The notes below the pieces were generated by a model that worked only from the letters and a program-made list of their open reading frames with translations, did no database searches and had not been told where the DNA came from. The position numbers and the translations under genes were made by a program. Shown piece by piece: positions 1-10,757 of a stretch of 64,000 nt of DNA. The stretch lies in contig OZ220691.1 in NCBI GenBank assembly GCA_965116475.1, forward strand, positions 3,296,001 to 3,360,000. The letters are read 5' to 3'. The stretch comes from Gemmatimonadota bacterium. GTDB taxonomy: Bacteria > Gemmatimonadota > Gemmatimonadetes > Palauibacterales > Palauibacteraceae. Each line of letters begins with the position of its first letter. Position 1 is the first letter of the stretch.

Positions 1-176
1 TGATAACTACCAGTTATCGACCTCTATTTTTTCAAGATACGCGCTATTTAGTGAGCGGACTGTGACCCATCGGACGGAGCTCGTGGCCCGTTCGTGACTT
101 TTCCCGCAAATCGCGCTATCCTCCACTCCCCCCGGTCCGGCGAACCCTCGCCCGACCGACCGGCCGGAGCCTGGCT

Positions 177-2573
177 TTGCGGCTCCGCCTCACCTCTTGG
201 CAAGCGAGTGGAGCCTTGGGCGATTCGGACCCTGCGGCACGCGATGGCGGAGCGTCCTGGGACCGCGCATCGCGGCTGAGCGCGGCGATCCTGCGCATCA
301 GCCGGAGCCTCGACCTGGGCACCGTGCTCGAGGAGGTGGTCGAGAGCGCGCGGACTCTGACGGGAGCCCGCATCGGCGTGATCACGATGATCGACTCCTC
401 GGGCCGGGTCGAGGACTTCGTCATCTCCGGCCCGGCGCCGGAGGAGCGCCGGAAGATGGTGGAGTGGCCCGACGGGCCGCGGCTGTTCGCACTCCTTCGC
501 GACCTACCGGGGCCGGTGCGGGTGGCGGAGGTGGACGACTACCTGCGCGCGCTCGGCCTGTCGCCGAACCCCTGGGGCTCGAAGACGATGCAGGCCACAC
601 CGATGCACCGGCACGGCGAGCACCTGGGAAGCTTCTTTCTGGCCGACAAGGAGGACGGGCAGGCGTTCACGAGCGCCGACGAGGAGATCCTGGTGCTGTT
701 CGCCTCGCAGGCCGCCGCGGCGATCGCGAACGCACGGACGCACCGCGGCGTCGCGCGGGCGCGGGCCGACCTCGAGGCCCTGGTCGAGACGTCGCCGGTG
801 GGCGTGCTGGTGTTCGAGGCCGGCACCGGCCGCATGATGTCGGTCAACCGCGCGGCCGAGCGCATCGTCGAGCCGATCCGCACTCCGGGCTCCCCCCCGG
901 AGCAGCTGCTGGGGGTGTTGACGTGCCGGCGTGCCGACGGGCGGGAGTTCTCGCTGGCGAAACTCCCCATCGCCCGGCAGTTCGAGATCGACGGCGCCTC
1001 GCCGGTGCGCGCCGAGGAGGTCGAGCTGTCGGTGCCGGACGGGCGGAGCGTGCGGACGCTCCTCAACGCGACCCCGATCGTATCGGAGTCCGGCGAGCTC
1101 GTCTCGATCGTCGTCACCATGCAGGACCTCGAGCCGCTCGAGGAGCTGGAGCGGCAGCGGGCCGAGTTCCTCGGCATGGTGAGTCATGAGCTGCGCGCGC
1201 CGCTCACCTCGATCAAGGGCTCGGCCGCGACCGTGCTCGACGCCGAGCCGCTCCCCTCGCAGGCCGAGATGGTGCAGTTCTTCCGCATCATCGGCGGGCA
1301 GGCCGACCACATGAGGGGCCTGATCGCGGATCTGCTGGACGCGGGGAGCATCGCGGCGGGCACGCTCACCGTGCAGCCCGAGCCCTCGCACGTCGGCACG
1401 CTGCTGGACCGGGCCCGCAACACGTTCCTGAGCGGCGGAGGCCGGCAGGCCGTCCTGATCGACCTGCCGCCCGACCTGCCGCCGGCGATGGCCGACCGCG
1501 AGCGCTTCGTGCAGGTCTTGAACAACCTGCTGTCCAACGCCGCCCGGCACTCGCCTCCGACGTCGGAGATCCGCATCGAGGCCTCGCGCGAGGGCACCTG
1601 CGTCGCGGTCTCGGTCTCCGACCAGGGCCGGGGGATCCCGCCCGACCGGATTCCGCACCTCTTCCGCAAGCGCGCCAGCCCGGCGGAAGGCACCGGGCTC
1701 GGCCTCGCCATCTGCAAGGGACTCGTCGAGGCGCACGGCGGCCGCATCCGCGCCGAGAGCGGCGGGAGGGGCCGCGGCGCCCGCTTCACGTTCACGCTTC
1801 CCGCGGCCACCGACGCCCCGCCCGAGACGGGCGCGGACGCCGAGCCGCCCCACCGCCAGGGGTGCAAGACGCGCATCCTGGTGGTGGACGACGACCCGCA
1901 CACGCTGCGCTACGTGCGCGACACGCTCTCCGACGCCGGCTACGCCCCGGTCGTGACCGGCGAGCCCGACGAGATCTCGCGCATCATCCGCGCCGAGCGG
2001 CCCGACCTCGTGCTGCTCGACCTCATCCTCCCCGAAACCGACGGAATCGAGTTGATGAACAACGTCCCCGCGCTCGCCGACCTCCCGGTCATCTTCATCT
2101 CCGGCTACGGCCGCGACGAGACGATCGTCAAGGCGCTCGCGAGCGGCGCCGCCGACTACATCGTCAAGCCGTTCTCGCCGACCGAACTCGTCGCCCGCGT
2201 ACAGGCGGCGCTCCGCGCCCGCGCACGGCCCGAGACCTTCGCGCACGGACAACTGGTCGTCGACTACGGCCAGCGCCGCGTGAGCGTGGCCGGCCGCGAG
2301 GTCAGGCTCACCGCCAACGAGTTCGAACTGCTGCGCGTCCTGTCGGCCGGCGGCGGACGGCTCGTGACCACCGAGGCGCTGCTGCGGCAGGTGTGGGGAC
2401 GCCGGGGCTCCGACGACACCGACCGCGTCCGCACCGCCATCAAGAAGCTCCGCCGCAAGCTCGGCGACCGCGCGGCCGAACCGACCTACATCTTCAACGA
2501 GCGCGGCGTCGGCTACCGCTTCGCGAGGCCGGGACCGGTCGCATCCGCCGGGCATCCGCCGCGGCAGCGATAG
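177..2573 (+). CDS. Hybrid sensor kinase-response regulator: GAF-PAS-HisKA-HATPase-REC-OmpR wHTH
   Basis: H-box SHELRAPL, N-box QVLNNLLSNA, DQGRG, GTGLGL; receiver ILVVDDD/LLDLILP/KPF; C-terminal LTANEFELL...NERGVGYRF; no TM segment. TTG start uncertain. Confidence 0.9.
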   Translation: MRLRLTSWQASGALGDSDPAARDGGASWDRASRLSAAILRISRSLDLGTVLEEVVESARTLTGARIGVITMIDSSGRVEDFVISGPAPEERRKMVEWPDGPRLFALLRDLPGPVRVAEVDDYLRALGLSPNPWGSKTMQATPMHRHGEHLGSFFLADKEDGQAFTSADEEILVLFASQAAAAIANARTHRGVARARADLEALVETSPVGVLVFEAGTGRMMSVNRAAERIVEPIRTPGSPPEQLLGVLTCRRADGREFSLAKLPIARQFEIDGASPVRAEEVELSVPDGRSVRTLLNATPIVSESGELVSIVVTMQDLEPLEELERQRAEFLGMVSHELRAPLTSIKGSAATVLDAEPLPSQAEMVQFFRIIGGQADHMRGLIADLLDAGSIAAGTLTVQPEPSHVGTLLDRARNTFLSGGGRQAVLIDLPPDLPPAMADRERFVQVLNNLLSNAARHSPPTSEIRIEASREGTCVAVSVSDQGRGIPPDRIPHLFRKRASPAEGTGLGLAICKGLVEAHGGRIRAESGGRGRGARFTFTLPAATDAPPETGADAEPPHRQGCKTRILVVDDDPHTLRYVRDTLSDAGYAPVVTGEPDEISRIIRAERPDLVLLDLILPETDGIELMNNVPALADLPVIFISGYGRDETIVKALASGAADYIVKPFSPTELVARVQAALRARARPETFAHGQLVVDYGQRRVSVAGREVRLTANEFELLRVLSAGGGRLVTTEALLRQVWGRRGSDDTDRVRTAIKKLRRKLGDRAAEPTYIFNERGVGYRFARPGPVASAGHPPRQR

Positions 2574-2582
2574 CACCGGCCC

Positions 2583-2660
2583 GTGTGGTTGTGCCCGAAG
2601 TGCGGCGCGAAGTTCGTCCACAAGAACCCGTGGCACTCCTGTGGGCGGGGTTGCGCGCCC
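2583..2660 (+). pseudogene. N-terminal fragment resembling DUF5655-family proteins
   Basis: MWLCPKCGAKFVHKNPWHSCG, CxxC...HxC start typical of that family; similarity lost where the integrase fragment begins. Confidence 0.5.
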
Positions 2661-2669
2661 TGCGGGCCT

Positions 2670-2915
2670 TGCGGTTTCGTACCTGCTCCCCGACCGTCAC
2701 GACGGCCGGTGAATCGCGATCACCGTCTCCACGGCTTCGGCGAACGTGGGGATGCCGCCCGAGCGGGGATCGCGCCCCTGAGCAACCGTCCGGCGGTTCT
2801 TCAATGCCTTCTCCCGGGCCTCCGCCAGCGTCACGACCGGGTACGCGCCGAGCCCGACGTTGACGGGGTGGCCGTGGATCCGCAGTCTTTGGCTCCACGT
2901 TCTTGGACAAGCGCC
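2670..2915 (-). mobile_element. Degenerate P4-type tyrosine integrase fragment (arm-binding domain)
   Basis: Minus strand reads LSK/TWSQRLRIHGHPVNVGLGAYPVVTLAEAREKALKNRRTVAQGRDPRSGGIPTFAEAVETVIAIHRPS*; apparent +1 frameshift near 2902, TGA at 2697-2699 where Trp is expected; no catalytic domain. Confidence 0.85.
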
Positions 2916-3434
2916 GTCGTGAAGTTCAGTCGGATGGACGTTGAGACGATCAAGATGTTCCCCGCCGACGGGACACCGGGATTCGTCGTCGAGATGATAG
3001 GGCGGGGCCGACGAGCGTCCTTCGCCGGGGACGATGCCCGTCGTGTCGCCTCGGTGATCCTGCCGAAACTGAACCGGAACGGCGGGACGCGCCGGGCCGT
3101 TGAGGCCGCCGTAGCCGAAATCGAGACCCGGGGGCACCCGGAACGCTACCTGGCTCATGCCGTGCCGGATCACGCGAGTCGCAACAAGCGAGATGTTTCC
3201 GGTTACGTGAGGAACATGCCGAAGCCGACGCGGCTCGCCCTGGAGATGGCGCTGCACGAGGAGCAGGAACGCCGCGCGCTCGAAGGCGAGTTGTGGGTGT
3301 TGGAGCAGGCGTGGCGCGAGGCGGAGGAGATCGCGGCGATCGCGGACCGCCTGCTGCTCCCGGCCGGTACGGACGCCTTCTTCGAGAAGTACGGCGCCGA
3401 TCCGGAATCCGGGTCGAAGGTGCGGGATGTCTGA
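2915..3434 (+). pseudogene. C-terminal part of a hypothetical protein, 5' end apparently lost
   Basis: Protein-like helical sequence LALEMALHEEQERRALEGELWVLEQAWREAEEIAAIAD; stop overlaps next start. Confidence 0.6.
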
Positions 3435-5196
3435 CGCGCGGGCGGGGCTCCAGCGCCGGGTCTCGCTGGAGACGCCGGAGCACGTCAAGCTTGAGTATCA
3501 GCTTGCGGATCTGGGGTCGCGCGCGGCGGCGCTCGCCGTCGATCTGGTCATCATCGTGGCGGCCCTCCTTCTCGTGGCGCTGGTGCTCAGGTACACGGGC
3601 GGGTTCGGACAGGCCGTGCTCTACATCGTCGGCTTTTTCGCGATGTGGGGATATTTCCTCTTCTTCGAATCGGTGTGGGACGGACGCACGCCGGGGAAGC
3701 GGGCGCTGGGGCTGCGGGTGCTGCACGACGGCGGGGAGCCGCTCTCCTTCCAGGGGTCGGTGCTCCGCAACCTGATCCGGATCGTGGATCTGCAGCCGGG
3801 GTTTGCGGGGATGGCCGGGGCCGCGTCGATCCTGCTCAACCGCCGGGCGCAGCGCCTCGGCGACCTGGTCGCCGGCACGATCGTGGTCCGGGACACGGGG
3901 GGCGGCGAGTTGTTCGGGGATGAGCCGCGGACGACCGGCCGCGCGGGGCGCCCGCGACTCTCCGTCGAACAGTTCGCGCTCGTGTCGGGGTACGTCGCGC
4001 GCCGCGCCGGGCTCGAACCGGACGTCCGGCGCCGGGTGGCGGCCTCGGTCTGGGATGCGGTGGGAGCGGCGGTGGACCGGGAGGGCCTCGGCGGTCTGGA
4101 CCCGCAGGCGACTCCCGATACGCGCCTCGTCCGGCTGCACGACGAAGAGGCCCCGAGACACGCGGCGCGACAGGGCGGGGCGAGCCTGCAGGCCGCATCG
4201 ATGGCCCGCGAGCGGCGCGAGGCGTGGACCGCGTATACGGACCTCGTGGAGAAGGGGCGCGCCGCCGGGCTGGACCGGTTCAGCGAAGAGGAGGTGCGTG
4301 CGTTCGGGCGGCTGTACCGCGGCGTGACGGCGGACCTGGCCCGCGCGCGAACCTATGGCGCCTCGCCGGGGCTGCTGGAGGCGGTGGAACGGTGGGCCGG
4401 AGCGGGGCACAACCTCCTGTACCGGTCGAAGGGGAGGGCGGCGGTTCCCCTGGGCCGGTGGATCGCGCGCGAACTGCCGCGGGCGGTACGGCGCCACCAC
4501 CGGCCGGTGCTGCTGGCGGCCCTGCTTCTCTTCGGCCCCATGCTGGCGTCGTATGCGGCCGTCCGGGATCTTCCGGCGCGTGCGCGCGCGATCATGCCGG
4601 CCGAGATGCTGGCGAGAGCCGAGAGCACCGCCCGTGGGGATATCAACGCCTCCTACATCGAAGTCGACGGCGCCGGCCGGCCGGCCCTCTCCTCGTTCCT
4701 CGTGACGAACAACGTGCGCGTGAGCTTTCTCGCGTTCGCGGGTGGGCTGCTCGCCGGCGCGGGCACCGTGCTGATCCTCGTCTTCAATGGAGTAATGCTC
4801 GGGGCCGGGTTCGGTCTGTATGCGAACAACGACGTGCTGGGGGTGATCCTCGCCTTCGTCTTCCCGCACGGCGTGATGGAACTCACGGCCATCTGCCTGG
4901 CCGGCGGGGCGGGACTGGGGCTCGGGTCGGCGCTCCTCGTGCCCGGACGGCGCACGCGTCGGGAGGCGTTGCGGGAGCGGGGCCGCGCCTTCCTCTCGCT
5001 CGTCGGCGGGTCGGTGTTCCTGCTGGTCGTGGCCGGTCTGGTGGAGGGGTTCTATTCCCCGTCCGGGCTTCCCGCCGTGGCGAAATTCGCCTTCGGCGGC
5101 GTCACCGCGCTCCTGCTCGCGGCGTACTTCGGATTCGCCGGCCGCGGTTCCGAGGACGACCCGCGCGGGAAGGTCAGAGCAGCCCCCGCTCCTTGA
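3427..5196 (+). CDS. RDD-domain / SpoIIM (stage II sporulation protein M-like) fusion membrane protein
   Basis: ETPEHV..LADLGSRAAA, GRTPGKR, QRLGDLVAGT (RDD); TNNVRVSF, PHGVMEL, AGLVEGF (SpoIIM). Confidence 0.88.
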   Translation: MSDARAGLQRRVSLETPEHVKLEYQLADLGSRAAALAVDLVIIVAALLLVALVLRYTGGFGQAVLYIVGFFAMWGYFLFFESVWDGRTPGKRALGLRVLHDGGEPLSFQGSVLRNLIRIVDLQPGFAGMAGAASILLNRRAQRLGDLVAGTIVVRDTGGGELFGDEPRTTGRAGRPRLSVEQFALVSGYVARRAGLEPDVRRRVAASVWDAVGAAVDREGLGGLDPQATPDTRLVRLHDEEAPRHAARQGGASLQAASMARERREAWTAYTDLVEKGRAAGLDRFSEEEVRAFGRLYRGVTADLARARTYGASPGLLEAVERWAGAGHNLLYRSKGRAAVPLGRWIARELPRAVRRHHRPVLLAALLLFGPMLASYAAVRDLPARARAIMPAEMLARAESTARGDINASYIEVDGAGRPALSSFLVTNNVRVSFLAFAGGLLAGAGTVLILVFNGVMLGAGFGLYANNDVLGVILAFVFPHGVMELTAICLAGGAGLGLGSALLVPGRRTRREALRERGRAFLSLVGGSVFLLVVAGLVEGFYSPSGLPAVAKFAFGGVTALLLAAYFGFAGRGSEDDPRGKVRAAPAP

Positions 5197-6481
5197 TCTC
5201 GACGTACTTGTCCAGGGTGCGCACGAGCGCATCGCCGGGCGGCGTGTCCACGACGAGGATCCCGGACTGGCGCATGACCTGAAGCGTCGTGGCGCGCGCC
5301 TGCACGAGCTCCTCGGCGGCGGCGCGATGGAAGGCCGCGGCCTCATCCGCGGCGGGCCGCGCCGCGGCCGCTTCGAGCGCCGGGTTGCGGATGGCGACGG
5401 CGAGCGGAAGGTGCGCCCGCCCGATGCGGGCGAGCGAGGTCACGAGCGCCTGCGAGACGGCCTCGTCGATCACATCGCAGAAGAGGATGACGAGCGACCG
5501 CTTGCGGAACGTCCGGCCCAGCGTCGCAAGCGCGAGCGGGTAGTTGGGCTCGACCGGCCGGGTCTCCACGCCGGCGAAGATGCGGGCCAGCGCGGCCGGA
5601 TCGGACCGGCGGGGCGGCGAGAGATGCCGGATCTCGTCGTCGAACACCACGGTTCCGACGCGGTCCCCGAAGCTGCGCGCGCGGTTGGCGAGCATCATGC
5701 CCGCCGCCAGCGCGAAATCCACCCGCTCCCGGTCCCCGAGCCGCTCGCGCATGTGGCGGCCCGCATCGATCGCGAGGACGACGTTCTGGCTGCGTTCCGC
5801 CTCGTAGTTGCGGACGACGAAACGCTGGCGCCTGGCCGACGCCTTCCAGTCGACGATGCGGGGGTCGTCCCCCTCGGCGTAATCGCGCAGGCTCTCGAAC
5901 TCGCGGCCGTCGCCCCACTGCCGGCTGCGGCGCGAACCGGCCGTGCGGAGGCCGCGCCGGAGCGCGTGGCCGCTGCGGTCGCGCAGCAGGCTCCGGATTC
6001 CCGGCTGCACCTGCAGCGTGTGCGCCGCGTCCACGGTGGAACGCCGCCACGCGAACCCCCACGGCGAGCGGGTACGGAGGTGGATCGCGCCCATGGCGAG
6101 GAACCCGCGCACGCGGGGCCGCACCCTGTAGCGGGTGCGCACGACGGCCGCCGGGGGGATGTCCAGCCGCACGCCCGCCTCCCACGCTTCGGCGCCATCG
6201 CGTCCGGGCAGGCGGCGGAGGGACGGATCGAGGTCGTCCGTGAGGAGGATGGAGAGCCGACGGTTCGTCGGGTTCCGCAACTCGATCCCCACGTCGGCGA
6301 TCTCCCCGAGCGCCGCGATGCGCGGTGCCGTCCGGGAGGCCGACGGAGACCGCGTCCGCCGGCCGTCGACCCAGGCGAGGAGGAGGATGGCCGCATCCGC
6401 CGCCAGTGCGCCCGCCGCCGAGAACAGAAAGACGAACGACGTCAGCCCCAGCAACCACAACGTCCGCCCGCTCGGGATCAC
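5174..6481 (-). CDS. DUF58 (vWA-like) protein, MoxR partner
   Basis: EFESLRDYAEGDDPRIVDWKASAR; follows MoxR. Confidence 0.9.
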   Translation of the reverse strand: MIPSGRTLWLLGLTSFVFLFSAAGALAADAAILLLAWVDGRRTRSPSASRTAPRIAALGEIADVGIELRNPTNRRLSILLTDDLDPSLRRLPGRDGAEAWEAGVRLDIPPAAVVRTRYRVRPRVRGFLAMGAIHLRTRSPWGFAWRRSTVDAAHTLQVQPGIRSLLRDRSGHALRRGLRTAGSRRSRQWGDGREFESLRDYAEGDDPRIVDWKASARRQRFVVRNYEAERSQNVVLAIDAGRHMRERLGDRERVDFALAAGMMLANRARSFGDRVGTVVFDDEIRHLSPPRRSDPAALARIFAGVETRPVEPNYPLALATLGRTFRKRSLVILFCDVIDEAVSQALVTSLARIGRAHLPLAVAIRNPALEAAAARPAADEAAAFHRAAAEELVQARATTLQVMRQSGILVVDTPPGDALVRTLDKYVEIKERGLL

Positions 6482-6492
6482 GGCGATGCGGA

Positions 6493-7440
6493 CTATCGGG
6501 GCGCCTCCAGCGTCTCGAGGAGCGCACGCAGTTCGTCGTCGGAAGAGCGTCCTTCGACCTCCGCCTCGGCGGTCAGCACGACGCGATGCCGAAGCACGGG
6601 GAACGAGAGCGACTTCACGTCGTCCGGCGTGACGAAGTCCCGGCCGTGCAGAAACGCCTCCGCCCTCGCGGCCTGGAAGAGGGCCACGCCCGCGCGCGGA
6701 CTCGCCCCGAGCGCGAACGCCCGGTCGTGCCGCGTCGCTCGCACGATCCCGGTCACGTAGCGCCGGACCCTTTCGTCCACGTGGACGCCGTTCACCGCCT
6801 CGCGCGCCGCCAGGAGTGCCTCGCGCGTCAGCGGTGCGCCCATCGGATACGTAGCCTCGTCGTCCGCGCGGAACCCCGCCTCATGGCGGTCGAGGATCGC
6901 CCGCTCCGCCTCCTCCGGCGGATAGTCGATCACGACCTTCATCAGGAAGCGGTCGACCTGCGCTTCGGGCAGGGGATAGGTCCCCTCGTACTCGACCGGG
7001 TTCTGGGTCGCGAAGACGGTGAACGGCGCGGGCAGGGCGCGCGTGGCGCCGTCCACGGTGACCTGGCGCTCCTCCATGGCCTCCAGCAGCGCCGCCTGCG
7101 TCTTGGGCGGCGCGCGGTTGATCTCGTCGGCGAGGAGGAGGTCGGTGAACACGGGACCGGGCCGGTAGCGGAAGTTCCGCTGCGTCTCGTCCAGCACGCT
7201 CACGCCGACGAGATCCGTGGGCATGAGATCGGGCGTGAACTGGACGCGGCCGAAGTCGAGCCCCAGCCCGCGGGCGAGGGCACGGACGGAGAGCGTCTTG
7301 GCCGTCCCCGGCACGCCCTCGAGCAGCGCGTGGCCACGGGCGAGGAGGGTGACCATGAGCTGCCTGAGGACGGTCTCCTGGCCCAGGATCACCTTCTCGA
7401 TGTCGCCCAGCAGACGCAGCGCCGCGTCGTGCGTGGTCAT
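6493..7440 (-). CDS. moxR: MoxR family AAA+ ATPase
   Basis: GVPGTAKT Walker [54 protein letters not shown] at 7440. Confidence 0.95.
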   Translation of the reverse strand: MTTHDAALRLLGDIEKVILGQETVLRQLMVTLLARGHALLEGVPGTAKTLSVRALARGLGLDFGRVQFTPDLMPTDLVGVSVLDETQRNFRYRPGPVFTDLLLADEINRAPPKTQAALLEAMEERQVTVDGATRALPAPFTVFATQNPVEYEGTYPLPEAQVDRFLMKVVIDYPPEEAERAILDRHEAGFRADDEATYPMGAPLTREALLAAREAVNGVHVDERVRRYVTGIVRATRHDRAFALGASPRAGVALFQAARAEAFLHGRDFVTPDDVKSLSFPVLRHRVVLTAEAEVEGRSSDDELRALLETLEAPR

Positions 7441-8657
7441 GGCTCCGCCCTTCGTCCGAGGTGGTCGTCGATGCCGGCGGCGACCATCGTCAGGTCCACC
7501 GGATCGGCGCGCAAGCCGCGTCGAATCCGATCCAGCGCGGGCTGCTCCCCCCGCCGCGCCTCCAGCTCCCGGATCAGCGCCCGCGCCTCGGGGACGTCCC
7601 TCGGCGGCGGCTGCCGGACGCTGCGGGCCAGCGGCGCCATGAGGAGGAGGGCGCCCGTCCGCCGGGCGCGCGCCTTCTCGTACAGGTCGCCGAGCGCGGA
7701 GACGTGTTCGAGCGGCGACCTCCGTTCGCGGTCCTGCGGCGCGACCGCCGTCGTCGGGGCGCCGAAGCGCAGCCCCGCGCACGCGAGCGCGACGAACGCG
7801 GCGAGGAGGAGTTGAAGGAGCGTTCGCCCCTGTGCCGTGCCGAGGACGAACCCCGCCCAGCGCCTCGCCGTGCTCTCGTAGCCGCGGATGCCCTGGTGGA
7901 ACTCGGCGAAGAAGATCGTGTCGGCGGGCGTCGTGTGGCTGAGTACGGCCCGCATCACGACGAGCGCCAGCGGGTCGTCGGCGATGCGACCGTTCGAGAG
8001 CGGCTCGGCGTCGCTCAGGACGAGGATGTGTCCCTCCCCGAAGGGCATGAGCCCGGCGCCGGTCCACCGCGGGACCTCGCTCCCCCCCACGGTGAGCAGC
8101 GTTTCCACGGGGGGGACGGATCGCGCGCCTCCGCCGAGTTCACGCGACCTCATCCGCCGGAGCGCGCGGCGCGGCGCCATCGGCGCCGGCAGACCGTCGG
8201 TCAGCGAGTGGGCGGCCCACTCCGGCTGCTCCATGTCGCCCGGCCGCGGCACGCGGAACGCGATGCCCAGGGAATCCATCAGCGGCGTGATCCTCAGCGC
8301 GCTGGCAATGGCCGGAAAAAGTCGCGGCGCGTACACGAGGGTGCCTCCGCGGCGCACGCGCTCGAGGAGAGCCCCGACCTCGACGGGGCTCGGTACGACG
8401 GCGGGCGAGAGCAGCACGAGCGCCCCCGGCACCGGATCGGCGTCGGCCAGCGGCGTGAGCCGTGGCGCGGTCGCGCGGCCGAATCGCTCCAGCCCGCGAG
8501 CGAGCGCGGCCACTCCGTCCGGCGTCGTGCGGAAGGAGCTCCGATTCACGTCGAGCGCCGTGCGTCCCGCCGGCCGGGCGAGGTACGCGGCGAATCCCGC
8601 CCCCAGGGCGATCGCGCCGACCCAGGCGAACGTCCTCCACCTGCGGCGCCCGCTCAC
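7437..8657 (-). CDS. DUF4350-like protein of MoxR cluster
   Basis: N-terminal [39 protein letters not shown]; 4-bp overlaps both sides. Confidence 0.8.
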   Translation of the reverse strand: MSGRRRWRTFAWVGAIALGAGFAAYLARPAGRTALDVNRSSFRTTPDGVAALARGLERFGRATAPRLTPLADADPVPGALVLLSPAVVPSPVEVGALLERVRRGGTLVYAPRLFPAIASALRITPLMDSLGIAFRVPRPGDMEQPEWAAHSLTDGLPAPMAPRRALRRMRSRELGGGARSVPPVETLLTVGGSEVPRWTGAGLMPFGEGHILVLSDAEPLSNGRIADDPLALVVMRAVLSHTTPADTIFFAEFHQGIRGYESTARRWAGFVLGTAQGRTLLQLLLAAFVALACAGLRFGAPTTAVAPQDRERRSPLEHVSALGDLYEKARARRTGALLLMAPLARSVRQPPPRDVPEARALIRELEARRGEQPALDRIRRGLRADPVDLTMVAAGIDDHLGRRAEP

Positions 8658-9358
8658 GATGAATCGGCCGCCTCGTTCGGCGCGGTTGTCGGGCACCCGG
8701 CGTCGCGCGCGAGATCCTCCAGGGCCGCGTAGCCTGCGGAGGTGGGCGTCTCCTGGCCGAACGAGAGCCCCTGGAAATGACGGATGAAGTTGCGGCCGGC
8801 GCCGGTTTCCATTTCGAGGGCATAGTCGCCCGGCGTCTTCGACGGGTGGAACCCCACCGCGCCCTTCCTGTCGAGCGTGAGGAGGAACCCCTCGTACAAC
8901 GCGCTCGCCGCCGGCCGGAACTCCCCTTCGCCCGCGCGCGTCCGCGCGAGGCCGAACCACTCGCGGGCGGAGGCGGGCGCGCTACCGTCTTCGGGACCCT
9001 CGTCCCGCCTCTTCCGCTCGCCTCGCACCCACTGCGGTCCATGACGCAGAGCCACCGCTCCCAGCGCGATGAGCGCGGCCAGGACGACGAGGACGGCCAG
9101 CACTTCCATCAGCCCGGCGCCCTCGTCGAACAGGAATCGCCGCAGCCAATCCCACGCATCGGAGAGCGTATTGGCGATCCATTCGTAGACGCGCTGGCGC
9201 GCGGGAAGGGGCGGGGAAACGAACTCGGGATCGGCGAGGATCTCCCGCAGCGCGTCGGACATCTCGTCCGGCGCCGGGAGGAGCGCAGGGAGGGGTTCGG
9301 CGGCAGGCGGCGGCTCCTGTCCGGCCGGGAAAGCGCCGGGACCGGGGAGTCGGGTCAC
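8654..9358 (-). CDS. DUF4129 domain membrane protein
   Basis: TM then SKTPGDY and F..LSFG tail; operon context. Confidence 0.8.
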   Translation of the reverse strand: MTRLPGPGAFPAGQEPPPAAEPLPALLPAPDEMSDALREILADPEFVSPPLPARQRVYEWIANTLSDAWDWLRRFLFDEGAGLMEVLAVLVVLAALIALGAVALRHGPQWVRGERKRRDEGPEDGSAPASAREWFGLARTRAGEGEFRPAASALYEGFLLTLDRKGAVGFHPSKTPGDYALEMETGAGRNFIRHFQGLSFGQETPTSAGYAALEDLARDAGCPTTAPNEAADSS

Positions 9359-10254
9359 CGTCCGTCCGTCGCCATCGCGGCCGCGGCGGTCTCCAGGTCT
9401 GCGGCTTCCATGCGCACGCGCCGGTCATGGTAGAGGAGGAACAGCGTGGCCACCGCGAACGGCGTCATCAGCGCCCCGATCAACAGGTCGAACGTATCCT
9501 GAACCGCCATGGCGCCGGCGCTGAGAGTGCCCGCCGTCGCCGGCGAGGTGAACATCTCGAAGCCTCCGAAGAGCGCAAAGAGGACGAAGGAGGGACCGTC
9601 GCGGATGATCAGCACGACGAGCATGATCCCGAGGATCCGGAGCCGGGCTCCCTTGCCGAGCTTCAGCGAGCGGCGTACCGCCTCCGCGGCGGTCCGACCC
9701 TCCAGGAGCACGGCCGGAAAGATCGCGAACGAAGTCCAGTACCAGAGCCCCAGGACCACGAGCGCGGCCGCGAGTCCGACGATGCCGAGGAGGACCGCCG
9801 CCGCGGTGGCGCTATCCGACACGGCGATCCCGATGCCCCCCAGCACGAAGACCGGGATCATGGCGATCGTGCCTCCGAGGAAGACGGCGAGCAGGGCGAG
9901 CAAGTGCCCTCCGGCGGCGCTCGGGAAGGGCCGGAGCACGCCCCGGTACGCGTGCTCCAGCGACGTCGGACGACCCTCCAGCCGCGCGCAGATGGCCACG
10001 GCGACGGCCAGCGCCGCGATCCACGAGATGGCCGTCGCCGGCAGCAGGATCGCCAACTCGAGTCCGATCTCGCCGAAGGCGGGGTTCCCCGAGGGGTCGA
10101 CTCCCGTGCTGGGCACCCCGACCGCGAGTCCCATGGCATAGCCGGGGAGCGAGCCCACGAGAGCGATGAGGAAGTAGAGTCCGAAGTCGCGCCGGTAGAA
10201 CTGGATGGCGCCGTCGAGTATCTCGCCGAACCCCAGGGGTCTCTGCGGTATCAC
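9355..10254 (-). CDS. Integral membrane protein of MoxR/RDD clusters (GDPD membrane-domain-like)
   Basis: RPLGFGEILDGA start, several TMs, AVRRSLKL, LLYHDRRVRMEAADL end. Confidence 0.8.
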   Translation of the reverse strand: MIPQRPLGFGEILDGAIQFYRRDFGLYFLIALVGSLPGYAMGLAVGVPSTGVDPSGNPAFGEIGLELAILLPATAISWIAALAVAVAICARLEGRPTSLEHAYRGVLRPFPSAAGGHLLALLAVFLGGTIAMIPVFVLGGIGIAVSDSATAAAVLLGIVGLAAALVVLGLWYWTSFAIFPAVLLEGRTAAEAVRRSLKLGKGARLRILGIMLVVLIIRDGPSFVLFALFGGFEMFTSPATAGTLSAGAMAVQDTFDLLIGALMTPFAVATLFLLYHDRRVRMEAADLETAAAAMATDGR

Positions 10255-10257
10255 GGT

Positions 10258-10755
10258 CTACTCCAGGATTCGGTCTTCGATGATGTGGGTGGCGGTCTCC
10301 CATTCGTCCAGCGGCGCGGACCACTCCCGGTCGCGGATGCGGCGCAGGTACGTGATCTGCGCCAGGTGGTAGAGGTAGTGCTGGGCGATATGGAGGACGG
10401 TCGCGCCCAGCCGCAAGGTCATCTTCCCGTCCGGAGACGTACGCTCGGCGGCGAGATCCGCGTCGCTTTCGCACGCCTCCACCTCCGATACGATCTGTTC
10501 CTGGATCGTGCGCATGCGCGCGGCGATCTCCTCCGCCGGACCCGGAGCATCTTCCTCGATCACGGGCGCGATGCCGAGTTGCTTCAGGAACCACACGTCC
10601 ACGCGGTACATGTGGCGGCAGATCTTCCCGATGCCGCGCATCCCGTCCGCGGGCTGCCAGTCGAGATCCTCGCGCGAGATTCCGTCGAGGACGGTGAACA
10701 GGGGTCTGCGCGCGGCCTCGAAGATCTCGATGGTGTGGGCGATCCGGGTCCTCAT
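10258..10755 (-). CDS. DinB family protein
   Basis: ICRHM..VD and LHIAQHYLYHLAQITYLRR His motifs. Confidence 0.85.
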   Translation of the reverse strand: MRTRIAHTIEIFEAARRPLFTVLDGISREDLDWQPADGMRGIGKICRHMYRVDVWFLKQLGIAPVIEEDAPGPAEEIAARMRTIQEQIVSEVEACESDADLAAERTSPDGKMTLRLGATVLHIAQHYLYHLAQITYLRRIRDREWSAPLDEWETATHIIEDRILE

Positions 10756-10757
10756 CC

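Noticed and set aside
2670..2915. Active prophage or integrative element
   Set aside because: Only a disrupted arm-domain fragment; no catalytic domain, att site or tRNA seen
3427..5196. Sporulation function
   Set aside because: SpoIIM-like domains are common in non-sporulating bacteria in MoxR clusters
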